Source: an uncultured Clostridia bacterium
GTDB taxonomy: Bacteria > Bacillota > Clostridia > Christensenellales > UBA1242
Direction of reading: 5' to 3'
NCBI GenBank assembly: GCA_934754495.1
Contig: CAKVHW010000005.1
Coordinates: 26,533-90,532, forward strand
DNA length: 64,000 nt
Below are positions 9,275 to 20,000 of this stretch, in pieces; the first letter of the stretch is position 1, and the number at the start of each line of letters is the position of its first letter. The translations under genes were made by a program, and so were the position numbers. The notes under the pieces are model-generated. The model was not told where the DNA came from and did no database searches. It worked only from the letters and a program-made list of their open reading frames with translations.

Positions 9275-10233
9275 ATAAATAAGGTGAAAAGTAATGCTAT
9301 TAACACTGATATAATTGTTTGAGTGACTTTTGCTTTAAAATAATAAGATAATGGCATATTAAATTTTTTTAAAAATGTGAGTGCTTGCATGTGAATTGAA
9401 AGCCCACCAAAACTTATTAGCCCAGTACAAAGTACTAGGGCTTTTTTTGTGCCAATGTTAAGTTTGCTAATGTCCAAACAGCCACGAGTCACTTCAATAA
9501 TTCCATTTGTGATTGCCGAAACACTGTTGGGGTTTGAGTGGGTGATAAGTGCAATAAAATTGTTTAGCGGTGCAAAAACATGGTAGTTGTTAAGCATTGT
9601 AATAAGCATGTAAAAAATACATATGTATCCGCCAACAATCAAAATACTTTTAATTGACCCAAACATAATATCTTCTAGCACATTGTTTGTGTCTGTTGAA
9701 TATGTTTTTATAGAATTAATATATTCATTTTTAAAGGTGTTTCTATATAATATTCCGTTTAAAAAAGCACCTAAAATGTGGCAAATTAATATTAAGTAGC
9801 CAAGTCGCTTGTCACCAAACATGCTTACTCCTACAGTGCCTACAATAAATAAAGGTCCACTGGTTGAAGTAAATGTGGTGATTTTGCAGGCTTGTCCCAT
9901 TGATATGTAATGGTTTTCATATAAATCCGCCGTAGTTTTTGCACCTACTGGATAACCTGAAATTATGCTCATTGCGAAAACATAACCAGATATTCCGGCA
10001 GTCTTAAAAAGTTTTGTTGTGATTGGCGAAAAAAGGTTGCCAAGTTTTTGCACAAGCCCCAGATTGGCAAGAATTGCAGTGAGTATAAAAAAAGGTAGTA
10101 GGGCAGGTAAAATTGCCGTTGCCCAAAGATTAATTCCATAATAACATGCATCAATATTGGTCTTAGGGTCAACCACTAGTAAAATGATAACCGCAAGACA
10201 TAATAAAGATAAAAACAAATTTTTTTTGTTCAC
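9271..10233 (-). CDS. Nucleoside-recognition/Gate-domain membrane protein, YlbJ-like
   Basis: 320-aa polytopic protein, GTG start with AAGGAAA RBS. It neighbours ylbK-like and ylbM-like genes, as in B. subtilis. Confidence 0.65.
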   Translation of the reverse strand: MNKKNLFLSLLCLAVIILLVVDPKTNIDACYYGINLWATAILPALLPFFILTAILANLGLVQKLGNLFSPITTKLFKTAGISGYVFAMSIISGYPVGAKTTADLYENHYISMGQACKITTFTSTSGPLFIVGTVGVSMFGDKRLGYLILICHILGAFLNGILYRNTFKNEYINSIKTYSTDTNNVLEDIMFGSIKSILIVGGYICIFYMLITMLNNYHVFAPLNNFIALITHSNPNSVSAITNGIIEVTRGCLDISKLNIGTKKALVLCTGLISFGGLSIHMQALTFLKKFNMPLSYYFKAKVTQTIISVLIALLFTLFI

Positions 10234-10294
10234 TAAATTTTCCTTTGACTAAAAATTTTTTATGTAATATTATATTGATAATAAGGGGTGAAAT

Positions 10295-11086
10295 ATGAAA
10301 AAACGTCCTAAAGTTGCACTAGTTTTGGGTGGTGGCGGAGCACTTGGCTTTGCTCACATTGGGGTTATTGAAGAACTACAAAAAAACCATATTCCTATTG
10401 ATATGGTTGTTGGCACAAGTATGGGGTCTATTGTAGGCGGAGCACTTGCATGCGGAAAATCAATAGTTGAACTTAAAGATTTTGCTAAAAAATTAAAAAC
10501 CAGACACCTATTTGACTTAAACCTTAATTTTAAAGGACTTCTTAGTGGAAGAAGTGTGGTAAAAGTTCTTAAAAAAGTTTTGCCAGATATTGACATGAAA
10601 GAAACGAAAATTCCTTTCATTTGCAATGCGGTTGATTTAAAATCTTGCAAAGAAGTGGTTTTAAAAGAAGGCTCGTTAATTAAAAACATTCGTGCATCAA
10701 TAAGTTGCCCAGGTGTGTTTACACCTGTAAAATATGAAAATATGCTTTTGGTTGATGGTGGGGTAGTAAACAACCTTGCTCATGATATTGCACGAAAAAA
10801 TGGTGCCGATATTGTAATAGCCGTTGATGTTGTTACAAAAACCGAACTTAACACCCAAATTAAGGGAGTAGTGGGCTATGTAATTCAATCGTGGCTTATT
10901 GCTCAAAAGGAACTTCAAGCCAACAAACGTAAATACTATAATGTGCTAATTCAACCAGAACTTGGCAAATATACACAGTACAATTTCAATGGTGATGTGA
11001 CTGATGGCATTATAGAACTTGGCAAGATTGCAGCACAAGAAAAAGTTGCTAAAATTAAGGAGCTTATTGCAGACTTTAAAGGTTAG
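10295..11086 (+). CDS. Patatin-like phospholipase (YlbK-like)
   Basis: GGGGALG oxyanion motif, GTSMGS nucleophile elbow, DGG catalytic Asp motif. Confidence 0.9.
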   Translation: MKKRPKVALVLGGGGALGFAHIGVIEELQKNHIPIDMVVGTSMGSIVGGALACGKSIVELKDFAKKLKTRHLFDLNLNFKGLLSGRSVVKVLKKVLPDIDMKETKIPFICNAVDLKSCKEVVLKEGSLIKNIRASISCPGVFTPVKYENMLLVDGGVVNNLAHDIARKNGADIVIAVDVVTKTELNTQIKGVVGYVIQSWLIAQKELQANKRKYYNVLIQPELGKYTQYNFNGDVTDGIIELGKIAAQEKVAKIKELIADFKG

Positions 11087-11193
11087 TGCTTGTAATTAAT
11101 AAAGAAATATAACAAGATTATAATGATTAACTAAAATAAAAAAGTTTAAAATATAATTAATATATAAAGCTTTAAAAAACTTTACAATATAAG

Positions 11194-11230
11194 AAAAACA
11201 CTTGTCAAAATAGGCAAGTGTTTTTGTTTT
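11194..11230. terminator. Bidirectional terminator between convergent genes
   Basis: cacttgtc/ggcaagtg stem with flanking A-run and T-run. Confidence 0.75.
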
Positions 11231-12483
11231 TAATATTTAATTGTTTTGGTTAGAAGGTCCGGTGCATATTTTGGTACAATTCTGGACTTTTTAAGAAGAA
11301 GATTGTACACAGCATTTGCACGGTCTTCAATGTCAGCAAGTTCTTTGTAGAATGCGGTTGGATTTTTTACTACATTGCTGTTTCTAATAATAAGGTCTGT
11401 GTCGGCACTAATTTCTGCAAGTAGGTCTTGGTTTTCACCATTAAAGCCCAAAACTTTAATATAAGGGAATTTATCAATTTTGTAGATTTTTTCAATTGTT
11501 TCTTTGTCGATGCTAAGTAGTAGTCTTAACACAATACGTTTTAGTCTTGTGTATGTATAACGTTTTGACTTAACTTCAAGCAAAACTTCGTTTAAAATCT
11601 TTTTATCTTTTACACAATCAATAAATCTATTTTCTAGTCCTTCGTTTACATCGTAAATGTTTTTAATTTTCTCAGCATTTGCTGTTTTTAGCACAAACAT
11701 GCAAAGGTCATTAAATAGTTCGTGGTCGGGTAGACCAAAGTCGGACACGTATTCTTTAAGTAGTTTGTAGGAAGATTTTGGCATAAGTCTTTTTACGCTT
11801 CTTACTTTGTTGGTTTTAAGTAGTCTACTTCTAATAGCGGTAGCAGAAGTGTCTTTGCCGTTAATGTCTTCACTATGGTATTCACTGCATTCACGTTGAA
11901 CAAATACTGGTTCAATTTTGCTATCTGTTTTGATAAGTGCTTTTAGGTATTCAATAGCCAAAATATTGTTTGGTTTTTGAAGTGCATCAATAGCATCAGT
12001 TATGCTTGTAAAACTAACTTTTTCTTCTTTTACAAGTTGTTCAATGGTTTTTTGTCTTGATAGAACCATTGAGTAGCCTTGGTCAAGATATGATTTTAAG
12101 GTTGTTTTGTATTCTTCTGGTTCGTCAGCAAGATATCTTGCAAGTTCTTTTAAAAGTTCAAAGTTTTTACTTTCACAACCAAAAGCAAGGTGAGTTACAT
12201 TCTTAAATGAGTTTGCAATTTTCACACCAGCCAAAGCATAAATTTCTGCCGAAGAACAAGCATATGCTGTAGGCATTTGCACAACTATATCTGCGCCACC
12301 ACTAAGTGCCATACTGGCTCTAACATATTTGTCGGCAATTGTAGGTTCGGCACGTTGGGTAAAGTTTCCACTTAAAATACAAAGTACGGCATCGCAACCT
12401 GATAGTTCTTTTGCCTTTTGAATGTGGTACAAGTGTCCAAAGTGAAATGGATTATATTCGCAAATAATAGCACAAATTTTCAT
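11230..12483 (-). CDS. tmcAL: tRNA(Met) cytidine acetate ligase (YlbM/UPF0348 nucleotidyltransferase)
   Basis: The N-terminal IICEYNPFHFGHLYHI HIGH-like motif is typical of TmcAL. Start set at MKICAI (AAGGTG RBS 6 nt upstream). Confidence 0.85.
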   Translation of the reverse strand: MKICAIICEYNPFHFGHLYHIQKAKELSGCDAVLCILSGNFTQRAEPTIADKYVRASMALSGGADIVVQMPTAYACSSAEIYALAGVKIANSFKNVTHLAFGCESKNFELLKELARYLADEPEEYKTTLKSYLDQGYSMVLSRQKTIEQLVKEEKVSFTSITDAIDALQKPNNILAIEYLKALIKTDSKIEPVFVQRECSEYHSEDINGKDTSATAIRSRLLKTNKVRSVKRLMPKSSYKLLKEYVSDFGLPDHELFNDLCMFVLKTANAEKIKNIYDVNEGLENRFIDCVKDKKILNEVLLEVKSKRYTYTRLKRIVLRLLLSIDKETIEKIYKIDKFPYIKVLGFNGENQDLLAEISADTDLIIRNSNVVKNPTAFYKELADIEDRANAVYNLLLKKSRIVPKYAPDLLTKTIKY

Positions 12484-12612
12484 AAAATACACCTTATGTT
12501 TTCTTTACTTTTAAAACTAAATATTATATTATTACAATAATTAAAGCATAACTATTATATAATAAAAAAAGTTGTGATGCAATCAAAATTTTATAAAATG
12601 GAGTTTTATACT

Positions 12613-13578
12613 ATGGATTTTGAAAAAAATTGGATAAAATCAGCCAGCAAACTAAAAGCATCTATTGTTTTACCTGAGGCGGAATTTAGTTCTCGTGTGC
12701 TAGAAGCAGGTGATAAGAGCGCTGAAATGGGACTTTGTGAAATCGTTTTGCTTACTAAAAAATCGGATTTAAAAGAATATTCTAATATGAAAAATATTAG
12801 AGTTGTAAATATTCTAAACCACGAAATTACGCCAATTGTTGCTAATGCATATTTTGTTAAAAGACAGCATAAAGGTGTGACTCCAGACCAAGCAAAAATA
12901 GATGTGCAAGACCCATATTTATTTGGTGCAATGATGGTAGACTTAGGGCTAGTAGACGGAATGGTAGGTGGCGCAGAAGCACCAAGTGCTAAAATATTTT
13001 CTTCCGCATTCAAAACAATTAAAGCCAAAGACGGCAAAAAAGCAAGTAGTTTTTTTGTTTTCTTGCCTACTAGAAAAGACCAAAAATTGTATGTTGTTGC
13101 CGATGGTGGGGTGGTGTTAAATCCTACTAGTGAAGAACTTGCCGATATCACAATTGACACTGTTAATTCTTACAGAAAACTTATTGGGAAAGAACCAAAA
13201 GTTGCTTTATTAAGCTATTCAACTAAAGGTAGTGCAGGTGGCGAAAGTGCAGAAAAAGTTGTTGAAACTTGCAATATCTTAAAACAAAGAAAAGTTGATT
13301 TTACCTTTGATGGTGAACTTCAATTAGATGCTGCAATCGTGCCAGAAGTAGCAAAATTAAAATGTCCAAAATCGCCAGTTAAAGGAAGTGCTGATATTTT
13401 AATTTTCCCAGACTTGCAAAGTGGAAATATTGGTTATAAGCTTATCCAACGTTTTGGTGGTTATAAGGCTATAGGGCCTTTAATTCAAGGTCTTAATGCG
13501 CCAACAAATGACCTTAGTCGTGGGGCAACTGTTGAAGAAATTATTGTGTCAATTGCAATAACAATTTTGCAAAAATAA
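12613..13578 (+). CDS. pta: Phosphate acetyltransferase
   Basis: PTA_PTB family pattern (IVLPE...R, GGAEAPSA, SYSTKGSA, DGELQLDAA, GNIGYKL, NDLSRGA). Start moved to MDFEKN. Confidence 0.93.
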   Translation: MDFEKNWIKSASKLKASIVLPEAEFSSRVLEAGDKSAEMGLCEIVLLTKKSDLKEYSNMKNIRVVNILNHEITPIVANAYFVKRQHKGVTPDQAKIDVQDPYLFGAMMVDLGLVDGMVGGAEAPSAKIFSSAFKTIKAKDGKKASSFFVFLPTRKDQKLYVVADGGVVLNPTSEELADITIDTVNSYRKLIGKEPKVALLSYSTKGSAGGESAEKVVETCNILKQRKVDFTFDGELQLDAAIVPEVAKLKCPKSPVKGSADILIFPDLQSGNIGYKLIQRFGGYKAIGPLIQGLNAPTNDLSRGATVEEIIVSIAITILQK

Positions 13579-13638
13579 TTGCTTTTTTAAGCGGTTTTTT
13601 GTATAATAGACGTATAATTTATTTTTTAAGGAGATTTT

Positions 13639-14841
13639 ATGAAAATTTTAGTTATTAATGCCGGAAGTAGTTCATTAAAATTCCAACTTATAAATATGGC
13701 AAACAAAAAAGTCTTGGCTAAAGGTAATGTTGAAAGAATTGGTGAAGGTCAACCATTTTTAAGATACAAAGCACATGGTAAAGAGCAATCTTTCAATGCT
13801 GATATTCCAAACCACACTGTTGCTATGGCAATGGTACTAGAAAAGTTAACAGATAAAGAAATTGGTGTTGTTGGTGACTTGTCTGAGATTAATGGTTTTG
13901 GTCACAGAATAGTAAACGTTGGTGAAAAATATTTTGACCCAATTATAGTTACTAAAGAAATTTTGGAAGATTTCAAAACAAAAGTTGATTTTTCCCCACT
14001 TCATGTTCCTGGTGCAATTGCTGGTATTGAAGGTGCTATGGCGGTTAGCCCTAACACACCAAATGTAGCGGTATTTGATATTGGCTTCCACAAAACAATG
14101 CCAAAATATGCTTATCTTTATGCAATTCCAAAAAGATATTACGAAAACTATCGTATTCGTAGATATGGTGCTCATGGTACTAGTCATTACTACGTAGCTA
14201 ATGAATGTGCAAAAATGATGGGTAAAAAGATTAAAGATACAAAGATTATTACTTGCCATATTGGTGGTGGTGCAAGCGTTGCTGCTGTAAAAGGTGGAAA
14301 GTGTATTGATACATCTATGGGATTTACACCACTTGAAGGTGTAATCATGAATACACGTTGTGGTGATTTGGACAATGCTGTTGTAGAATTTATCTGCAAC
14401 AAAGAAAAACGTAGTGTTCAAGATGTTTTGAAAATGCTTAACAAAGAAAGTGGTCTTTTAGGTCTAACTGGTGGCAGAATGTCAGATATGCGTGACATTA
14501 CCGCAAATCTTGATGACGAAGAGGTTAGATTGGCTTTTGAAGCATATTGCTACCGTATTAAAAAATACATTGGTGCATATGCCGCAGCACTTAATGGGGT
14601 AGATGCAATTGTATTTACTGCAGGTTGTGGCGAACATACTCCAGAATTAAGAGAACTAGCTTGCAGCGGTCTTGACTATCTTGGTGTTAAGATTGATAAA
14701 AAACGTAACTGGAACCTTCCACGTGGCGAAGCAAGCGAAATTAGTGCTAAATCTAGCAAGGTTAAAGTTTTTGTAATTCCAACAGACGAAGAAATGGTAA
14801 TTGCAAAAGAAACTCAAAAATTGTTGAAAAATCAAAAATAG
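13639..14841 (+). CDS. ackA: Acetate kinase
   Basis: MKILVINAGSSSLKFQL N-terminus, GHRIVNVG, YGAHGTSH, GGGAS motifs. Confidence 0.97.
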   Translation: MKILVINAGSSSLKFQLINMANKKVLAKGNVERIGEGQPFLRYKAHGKEQSFNADIPNHTVAMAMVLEKLTDKEIGVVGDLSEINGFGHRIVNVGEKYFDPIIVTKEILEDFKTKVDFSPLHVPGAIAGIEGAMAVSPNTPNVAVFDIGFHKTMPKYAYLYAIPKRYYENYRIRRYGAHGTSHYYVANECAKMMGKKIKDTKIITCHIGGGASVAAVKGGKCIDTSMGFTPLEGVIMNTRCGDLDNAVVEFICNKEKRSVQDVLKMLNKESGLLGLTGGRMSDMRDITANLDDEEVRLAFEAYCYRIKKYIGAYAAALNGVDAIVFTAGCGEHTPELRELACSGLDYLGVKIDKKRNWNLPRGEASEISAKSSKVKVFVIPTDEEMVIAKETQKLLKNQK

Positions 14842-14844
14842 TAA

Positions 14845-14873
14845 TTGACAAACAATAATTATTACTATATAAT
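14845..14873 (+). promoter_or_regulatory. Sigma-A promoter for rpmF
   Basis: TTGACA - 17 nt - TATAAT. Confidence 0.6.
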
Positions 14874-14908
14874 TGTAGAGCAAAAATAAATTAGGAGGTG
14901 CGTAAACG

Positions 14909-15112
14909 ATGATAGCACCAAAGGGCAAAATTTCAAAAGCAAGAAGAAATTCAAGAAAAGCAAACTGGAAGATTTCTACACCTTCTATTTCTGAATGTCC
15001 TCATTGCCACGAGCTAAAAGCAAATCACAGAGTTTGCAAAAACTGTGGTTACTATGATGGCGAACAAAAAGTTGTTGTTGAAAAAGACAAAGCTAAAAAC
15101 GAAGCTAAATAA
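14909..15112 (+). CDS. rpmF: 50S ribosomal protein L32
   Basis: PKGKISKARRNSRKANWK N-terminus and CPHC...CKNCG zinc-ribbon; AGGAGG RBS. Confidence 0.9.
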   Translation: MIAPKGKISKARRNSRKANWKISTPSISECPHCHELKANHRVCKNCGYYDGEQKVVVEKDKAKNEAK

Positions 15113-15130
15113 TTTTAAATTATTAAATAA

Positions 15131-15168
15131 AAAAACCGCTTACATGATTGTAGGTGGTTTTTTTTGAT
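15131..15168 (+). terminator. Rho-independent terminator after rpmF
   Basis: 10-bp stem aaccgcttac/gtaggtggtt followed by a T8 run. Confidence 0.75.
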
Positions 15169-15257
15169 TATTGTTTGGCTTTTTAAGGTCACCTATGTTA
15201 TTATATATTTGATAATTGTGTAATGTGCAGTTATTTTACAAAGAAATTTAAGGAAAT

Positions 15258-16289
15258 ATGAAAATGTATAAAATAATTTTAGATACTATGGGTGGAGATA
15301 ATTCACCTTTTGCTCAAGTTGAAGGAGCAGTGATGGCTGTTAATGACGATGAAAACTTGCAAGTGGTTTTGGTTGGTAAGGAAGAAGAATTAAAGAAAGT
15401 GCTAGGCGGATATAAATATAATGAAAACCAAATTTCATTTTTGAATGCAGACGATGTAATTACTAATGATGATATTCCAACAACAGCAATTAAAAACAAG
15501 TCCGATAGTTCGCTTGTAAAAGCATTAAATGAAGTACGTCTTAATGATGATGCAGCGGCATTTGTAAGCACGGGTTCTACAGGCGCTGTTCTTACTGGTG
15601 GATTTTTAAAAATCGGCAGAATAAAGGGTGTTTCACGACCAGGGCTATGTCCAATTTTGCCTACAAAAACAGGTGGAATAGTTGCTCTTTGCGATAGTGG
15701 CGCCAACATGGATTGTAAACCTATAAATCTTGTACATTTTGCTGTAATGGCCAGCGCATATATGGAAAGTGTGTATGGTATAAAAAATCCACGTGTTGGG
15801 CTTCTTAGTGTTGGCACAGAAGACCATAAGGGTAACGATCTTACTAAGCAAGTTTTTGCACTTTTAAAGGAACAAGATGGTCTTAATTTTGTTGGGAATA
15901 TGGAAGCAAGAGATATGCTTAGTGGTAAATATGATGTAATTGTTGCCGATGCTTTTGCAGGAAATGTTGCATTAAAGAGTGCCGAAGGTGCAATTCTTAC
16001 GGTTCTTGACCTACTAAAAGAAGGAATTAAAAGTTCTTTTTCAAGTAAAATTGGTTATTTGTTTATGAAAAAAACTTTCAAAAAATTAAAGAAAACTCTT
16101 GATTACAACAATAAGGGCGGAGCAGTGCTACTTGGTTGCAAAAAGATTATTGTCAAGGGACATGGCTCGTCAAAAGCAAAGAGTGTAAGTGAGTGTATTA
16201 AACAAGCTGTTTTGATGTATAAAGCAGATGTTTGCAGTGTTATTGAAGAAAAAATTAAAGATGTTAAAGTGGAAGAAGTAAATGATTAA
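15258..16289 (+). CDS. plsX: Phosphate acyltransferase PlsX
   Basis: DTMGGDNSP N-terminus, STGSTGA, GNVALK motifs. An alternative start lies 6 nt downstream. Confidence 0.95.
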   Translation: MKMYKIILDTMGGDNSPFAQVEGAVMAVNDDENLQVVLVGKEEELKKVLGGYKYNENQISFLNADDVITNDDIPTTAIKNKSDSSLVKALNEVRLNDDAAAFVSTGSTGAVLTGGFLKIGRIKGVSRPGLCPILPTKTGGIVALCDSGANMDCKPINLVHFAVMASAYMESVYGIKNPRVGLLSVGTEDHKGNDLTKQVFALLKEQDGLNFVGNMEARDMLSGKYDVIVADAFAGNVALKSAEGAILTVLDLLKEGIKSSFSSKIGYLFMKKTFKKLKKTLDYNNKGGAVLLGCKKIIVKGHGSSKAKSVSECIKQAVLMYKADVCSVIEEKIKDVKVEEVND

Positions 16290-16944
16290 TATTGGTTACG
16301 AATTTAATAATAAATCATTGTTGACCGAAGCTCTTACTCACACAAGTTATGCAAATGAAAATGGAACACATAGTTACGAACGACTTGAATTTTTGGGCGA
16401 CAGTGTTTTGCAGATTATTGTTAGCGACTATTTGTATGCAAATTTTGTAGATAAAGAAAGTGGCGAACTTAGTAAGTATAGGTCTCACCTTGTTTCTACT
16501 AAAAATTTGTGTAGACTTTCTAAACATTTGCATCTTGACACCGCTTGCAGATTTGGTAGAGCGGTTAAAAGTGTTAGCGATGGAGTAGAAGCGGACTTGT
16601 TTGAAAGTGTGCTAGGTGCAATTTATTTAGATGGTGGAATAGAGCCTGCTAAAAAATTTGTGCAAGATAACGTAATTGTGTCACTTGAAAACGTAATTAA
16701 TGTGATTGAAAACGACTACGATTATAAGACTGCATTGCAAGAAAAATTGCAAGCACTTAAAAATCACCCAACACTAGAATATAGGCTAATAAATTCTGAA
16801 CAAAAAAACAACGAAACAAGTTTTACTATGAGTATTGTGATTAATGAAAAAGAACTTTGTACCATGACTGAAAAGTCAAAAAAAATGTGTGAGAAAAAAT
16901 TAAGCAAATTTGTTTTGGATAATTTTGAAAAATATAACTTTTAA
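16282..16944 (+). CDS. rnc: Ribonuclease III
   Basis: RNase III signature ERLEFLGDSVL, a second catalytic acidic site (ADLFESVLGAIYLDGG), C-terminal dsRBD. Confidence 0.93.
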   Translation: MINIGYEFNNKSLLTEALTHTSYANENGTHSYERLEFLGDSVLQIIVSDYLYANFVDKESGELSKYRSHLVSTKNLCRLSKHLHLDTACRFGRAVKSVSDGVEADLFESVLGAIYLDGGIEPAKKFVQDNVIVSLENVINVIENDYDYKTALQEKLQALKNHPTLEYRLINSEQKNNETSFTMSIVINEKELCTMTEKSKKMCEKKLSKFVLDNFEKYNF

Positions 16945-16954
16945 TTAATAAAAT

Positions 16955-16981
16955 TAACCCTATTTTAATAGGGTTTTTTAT
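16955..16981 (+). terminator. Rho-independent terminator after rnc
   Basis: aaccctat/atagggtt stem plus a T-run. Confidence 0.6.
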
Positions 16982-17051
16982 TTTTTTATTTGGTGAAAAT
17001 TTCTAAGTGTGATATACTTAATCTGTAAAAATATTTAAGGAAACAATTAAG

Positions 17052-20000
17052 ATGAATTTTAAACAATTAGAAATGGTTGGGTTTAAATCATTTGCCGACC
17101 CAATTAAACTTACTTTTAGTGATGGAATTACGGCAATCGTTGGGCCAAATGGTTGCGGAAAAAGTAATGTTGCCGATGCAATTAGATGGGTACTTGGCGA
17201 ACAAAGCAGTAAGATGCTTCGTGGTAGCGTTATGCAAGATGTTATTTTTAAAGGCACAGAAAAACGTAAAAGCCTAAGTTTTTGTGAAGTTTCACTTTGC
17301 TTTGACAACACCAACCGTATTTTCAAAGTTGATTATGATGAGATTGTTATTACTCGTAAATTGTATCGTAGTGGTGATAGCGAATATCTTATAAACCGTA
17401 CCCCTTGCAGATTAAAGGATATTATAGACCTGCTTCACGATAGTGGTATTGGTAAAAGTGGTTATTCTATTATTGGGCAAGGTAAAGTAGAAGAAATTAT
17501 TAACTCAAAACCAGAAGATAGGCGTGCAATTTTTGAAGAAGCAGCAGGAATCTCTAAGTTTAAGTTTAAAAAAGTTGAAGCTGAAAGAAAACTTGCTCGT
17601 ACACAAGACAACTTGACACGTATCAATGATATCATTCAAGAAATTGACAAACAACTTGCACCATTAAAACGTCAGTCAGAAACAGCAAAAATCTATCTTG
17701 ATTTGAAAGAAAAATTAAAAGTTTTGGAGATTAATGCTTATATTTATCAATACGATTATGCAAGTGAAAATAAGGCTGCAATCCAACAAAAAATTGACGC
17801 AATCGTTGAAGAAATGAATTTACGTCAAAGTGACTTAGATGCAACAATTAATGACTATAACGAAACTTTTAATGAAATAAACAGCCTTGACGAAAATATT
17901 GCAAAAACACGTGACAAAATTTTGGAACTAACCGTTGGAATTGAAAAACAAATGGGCGAAACCAATCTTATTATGGAACGTGTTAGAAATATTGAAGCAG
18001 AAGTTGATAGACTAAATGGCGAACTTACAAAAGCCGAAACAAAACGCAACGAACTTAACGAAGCACTATATAGCAATAAGGTTGCTAGCGAAAATAAAAA
18101 AGAAAAACTATATACCTTAAAGCATAGTGCAAGCGAACTTGAAGATAAGTATAATAGTGTTTTTAGTGAACTAGAAAGTGGCGAAATGGCTACTAAAGAA
18201 GCCCAAAAACGACTATTTGCATCTATTGAAAAGATTGGTGATACTAAGGCTAGAATTTCCGCTTTGCAAGTTGAAAAAACAACTTACTTAAAAGAAATTG
18301 ACCAAATTACCACCGATAGCAATGAATTAAAAGATGTTCAGACTGATAAGGTTAATGAATATAGAGCGCATGAAGGCGAAATGCAAAAGTTGTTTAGCGA
18401 AAAGGGCAAAATGAAATTTGACCTTGACGAACTAATCGACAAACAAACAGCCAAATACAACGAAATTAAATATACAGAAAATGAAATTAATGAGTTGTCT
18501 TCAAATATTTTAAGCCTTAACAACCGTAAAAAATTGCTTTTAGATATGCAAAAAGAATATGAAGGCTTTAATGGTAGTGTTAAAAGATTGCTTACAGATG
18601 CCGAACAAAATAAAGACCTTAAAAATAAGATTGTAGGTGTTTTGGCAAACCTTATTAAAGTGCCAGAAACATACCAAACAGCAATTGAAATGGCTCTTGG
18701 TAGTGCGGTTCAAAACATTGTAACTCGCACCGATGAAGAAGCAAAACAACTTATTGCATACCTAAAACAAATGGAGTATGGTAGGGTAACTTTCCTTCCA
18801 ATCAACTCAATTAAACCACGTTATTTTGACCGTAACAACGCAAAATTTTTAAGCAGTACAGGTTGTTTTGGTCTTGCAAGCGACCTTATTACATATGATA
18901 AAAACATTGCAAATATTATATCAAGTTTGCTAGGAACAACAGCAATTGTTAATAATATTAATAATGCAGTTAGTATTGCGAAACAAAGTGGTTATGCATT
19001 TAGAATAGTAACACTTGAAGGCGAAATTATAAGTCCACAAGGTAGTATTACTGGTGGTAGCCGTAAGTCACAATTTACAACCCTTTTGGCAAGGGATAAC
19101 AACATTAAACTAGCAGAAGAACAACTTTCGAAACTTGAAGGTCAAAAACAACAAAAAATGGCTTTGCTTGGTGATTTAAACGATCAACACAAATCACTTA
19201 CTGCAAGCATTAATGACTTGACTAATAAGCTAAGAGAAGCCGAAATTTCTTATGCACAAATTAGTGAGATTGTTAAAAACGAAGGTGCTTATGTGTCAGA
19301 ATTAGAAGCAAGACAAAACAAATTTGCTTCCGATATGGCAAAAGCAAAACAAATGGTTATTTCAATTGATGGCGAACTTGGAAAACTATCTAATGATCCT
19401 GATATAAAATTAAGTGAAGTTGCTATTGGTGAAGATAATCAATTTGATGACCTTAAAAACAAAAAAGAGCAGTATATTAGCGAACTTACAAACATGAAAG
19501 TTGAAATTGCATCTTTGGAAAGCGAACTAGTTGCACTTGCTCAAGAAAAAGAACGTTTGGAAACCGAACTTAATGCTTGTGAAGCCGAAATTAAAACAAT
19601 ATCGCCAAGTTATGAGAAAAACAAACAACAACTAGCAGTATTAAAACTTAATGCAACACATTCACAAGGCAGTATTCAGGCAAATGAAATTAACGAAGAA
19701 CTAAACAAAACAAAACAAACGCTTGATGCATTAAATTCTAGTAAGGTTGAACTTCAATCTAAACTAAGGCTTTTGGAAGAACAACGTATGAACTTCACAG
19801 CCGAAGTAAATAGATTGCAAGACAAAAAATATCAACAAGACCTTAACCTTACTAAGGTTGATACCGATATTGAAACAATGCAAGAACGTGTTTGGACAGA
19901 ATACGAAGTTACATATGCAACCGCTGTTGATTACAAACAAGAAATGTTTAATATTAAAGAAGCACTTCCAGAAATTAGCAGGCTAAAAAAGGAAATCAAC

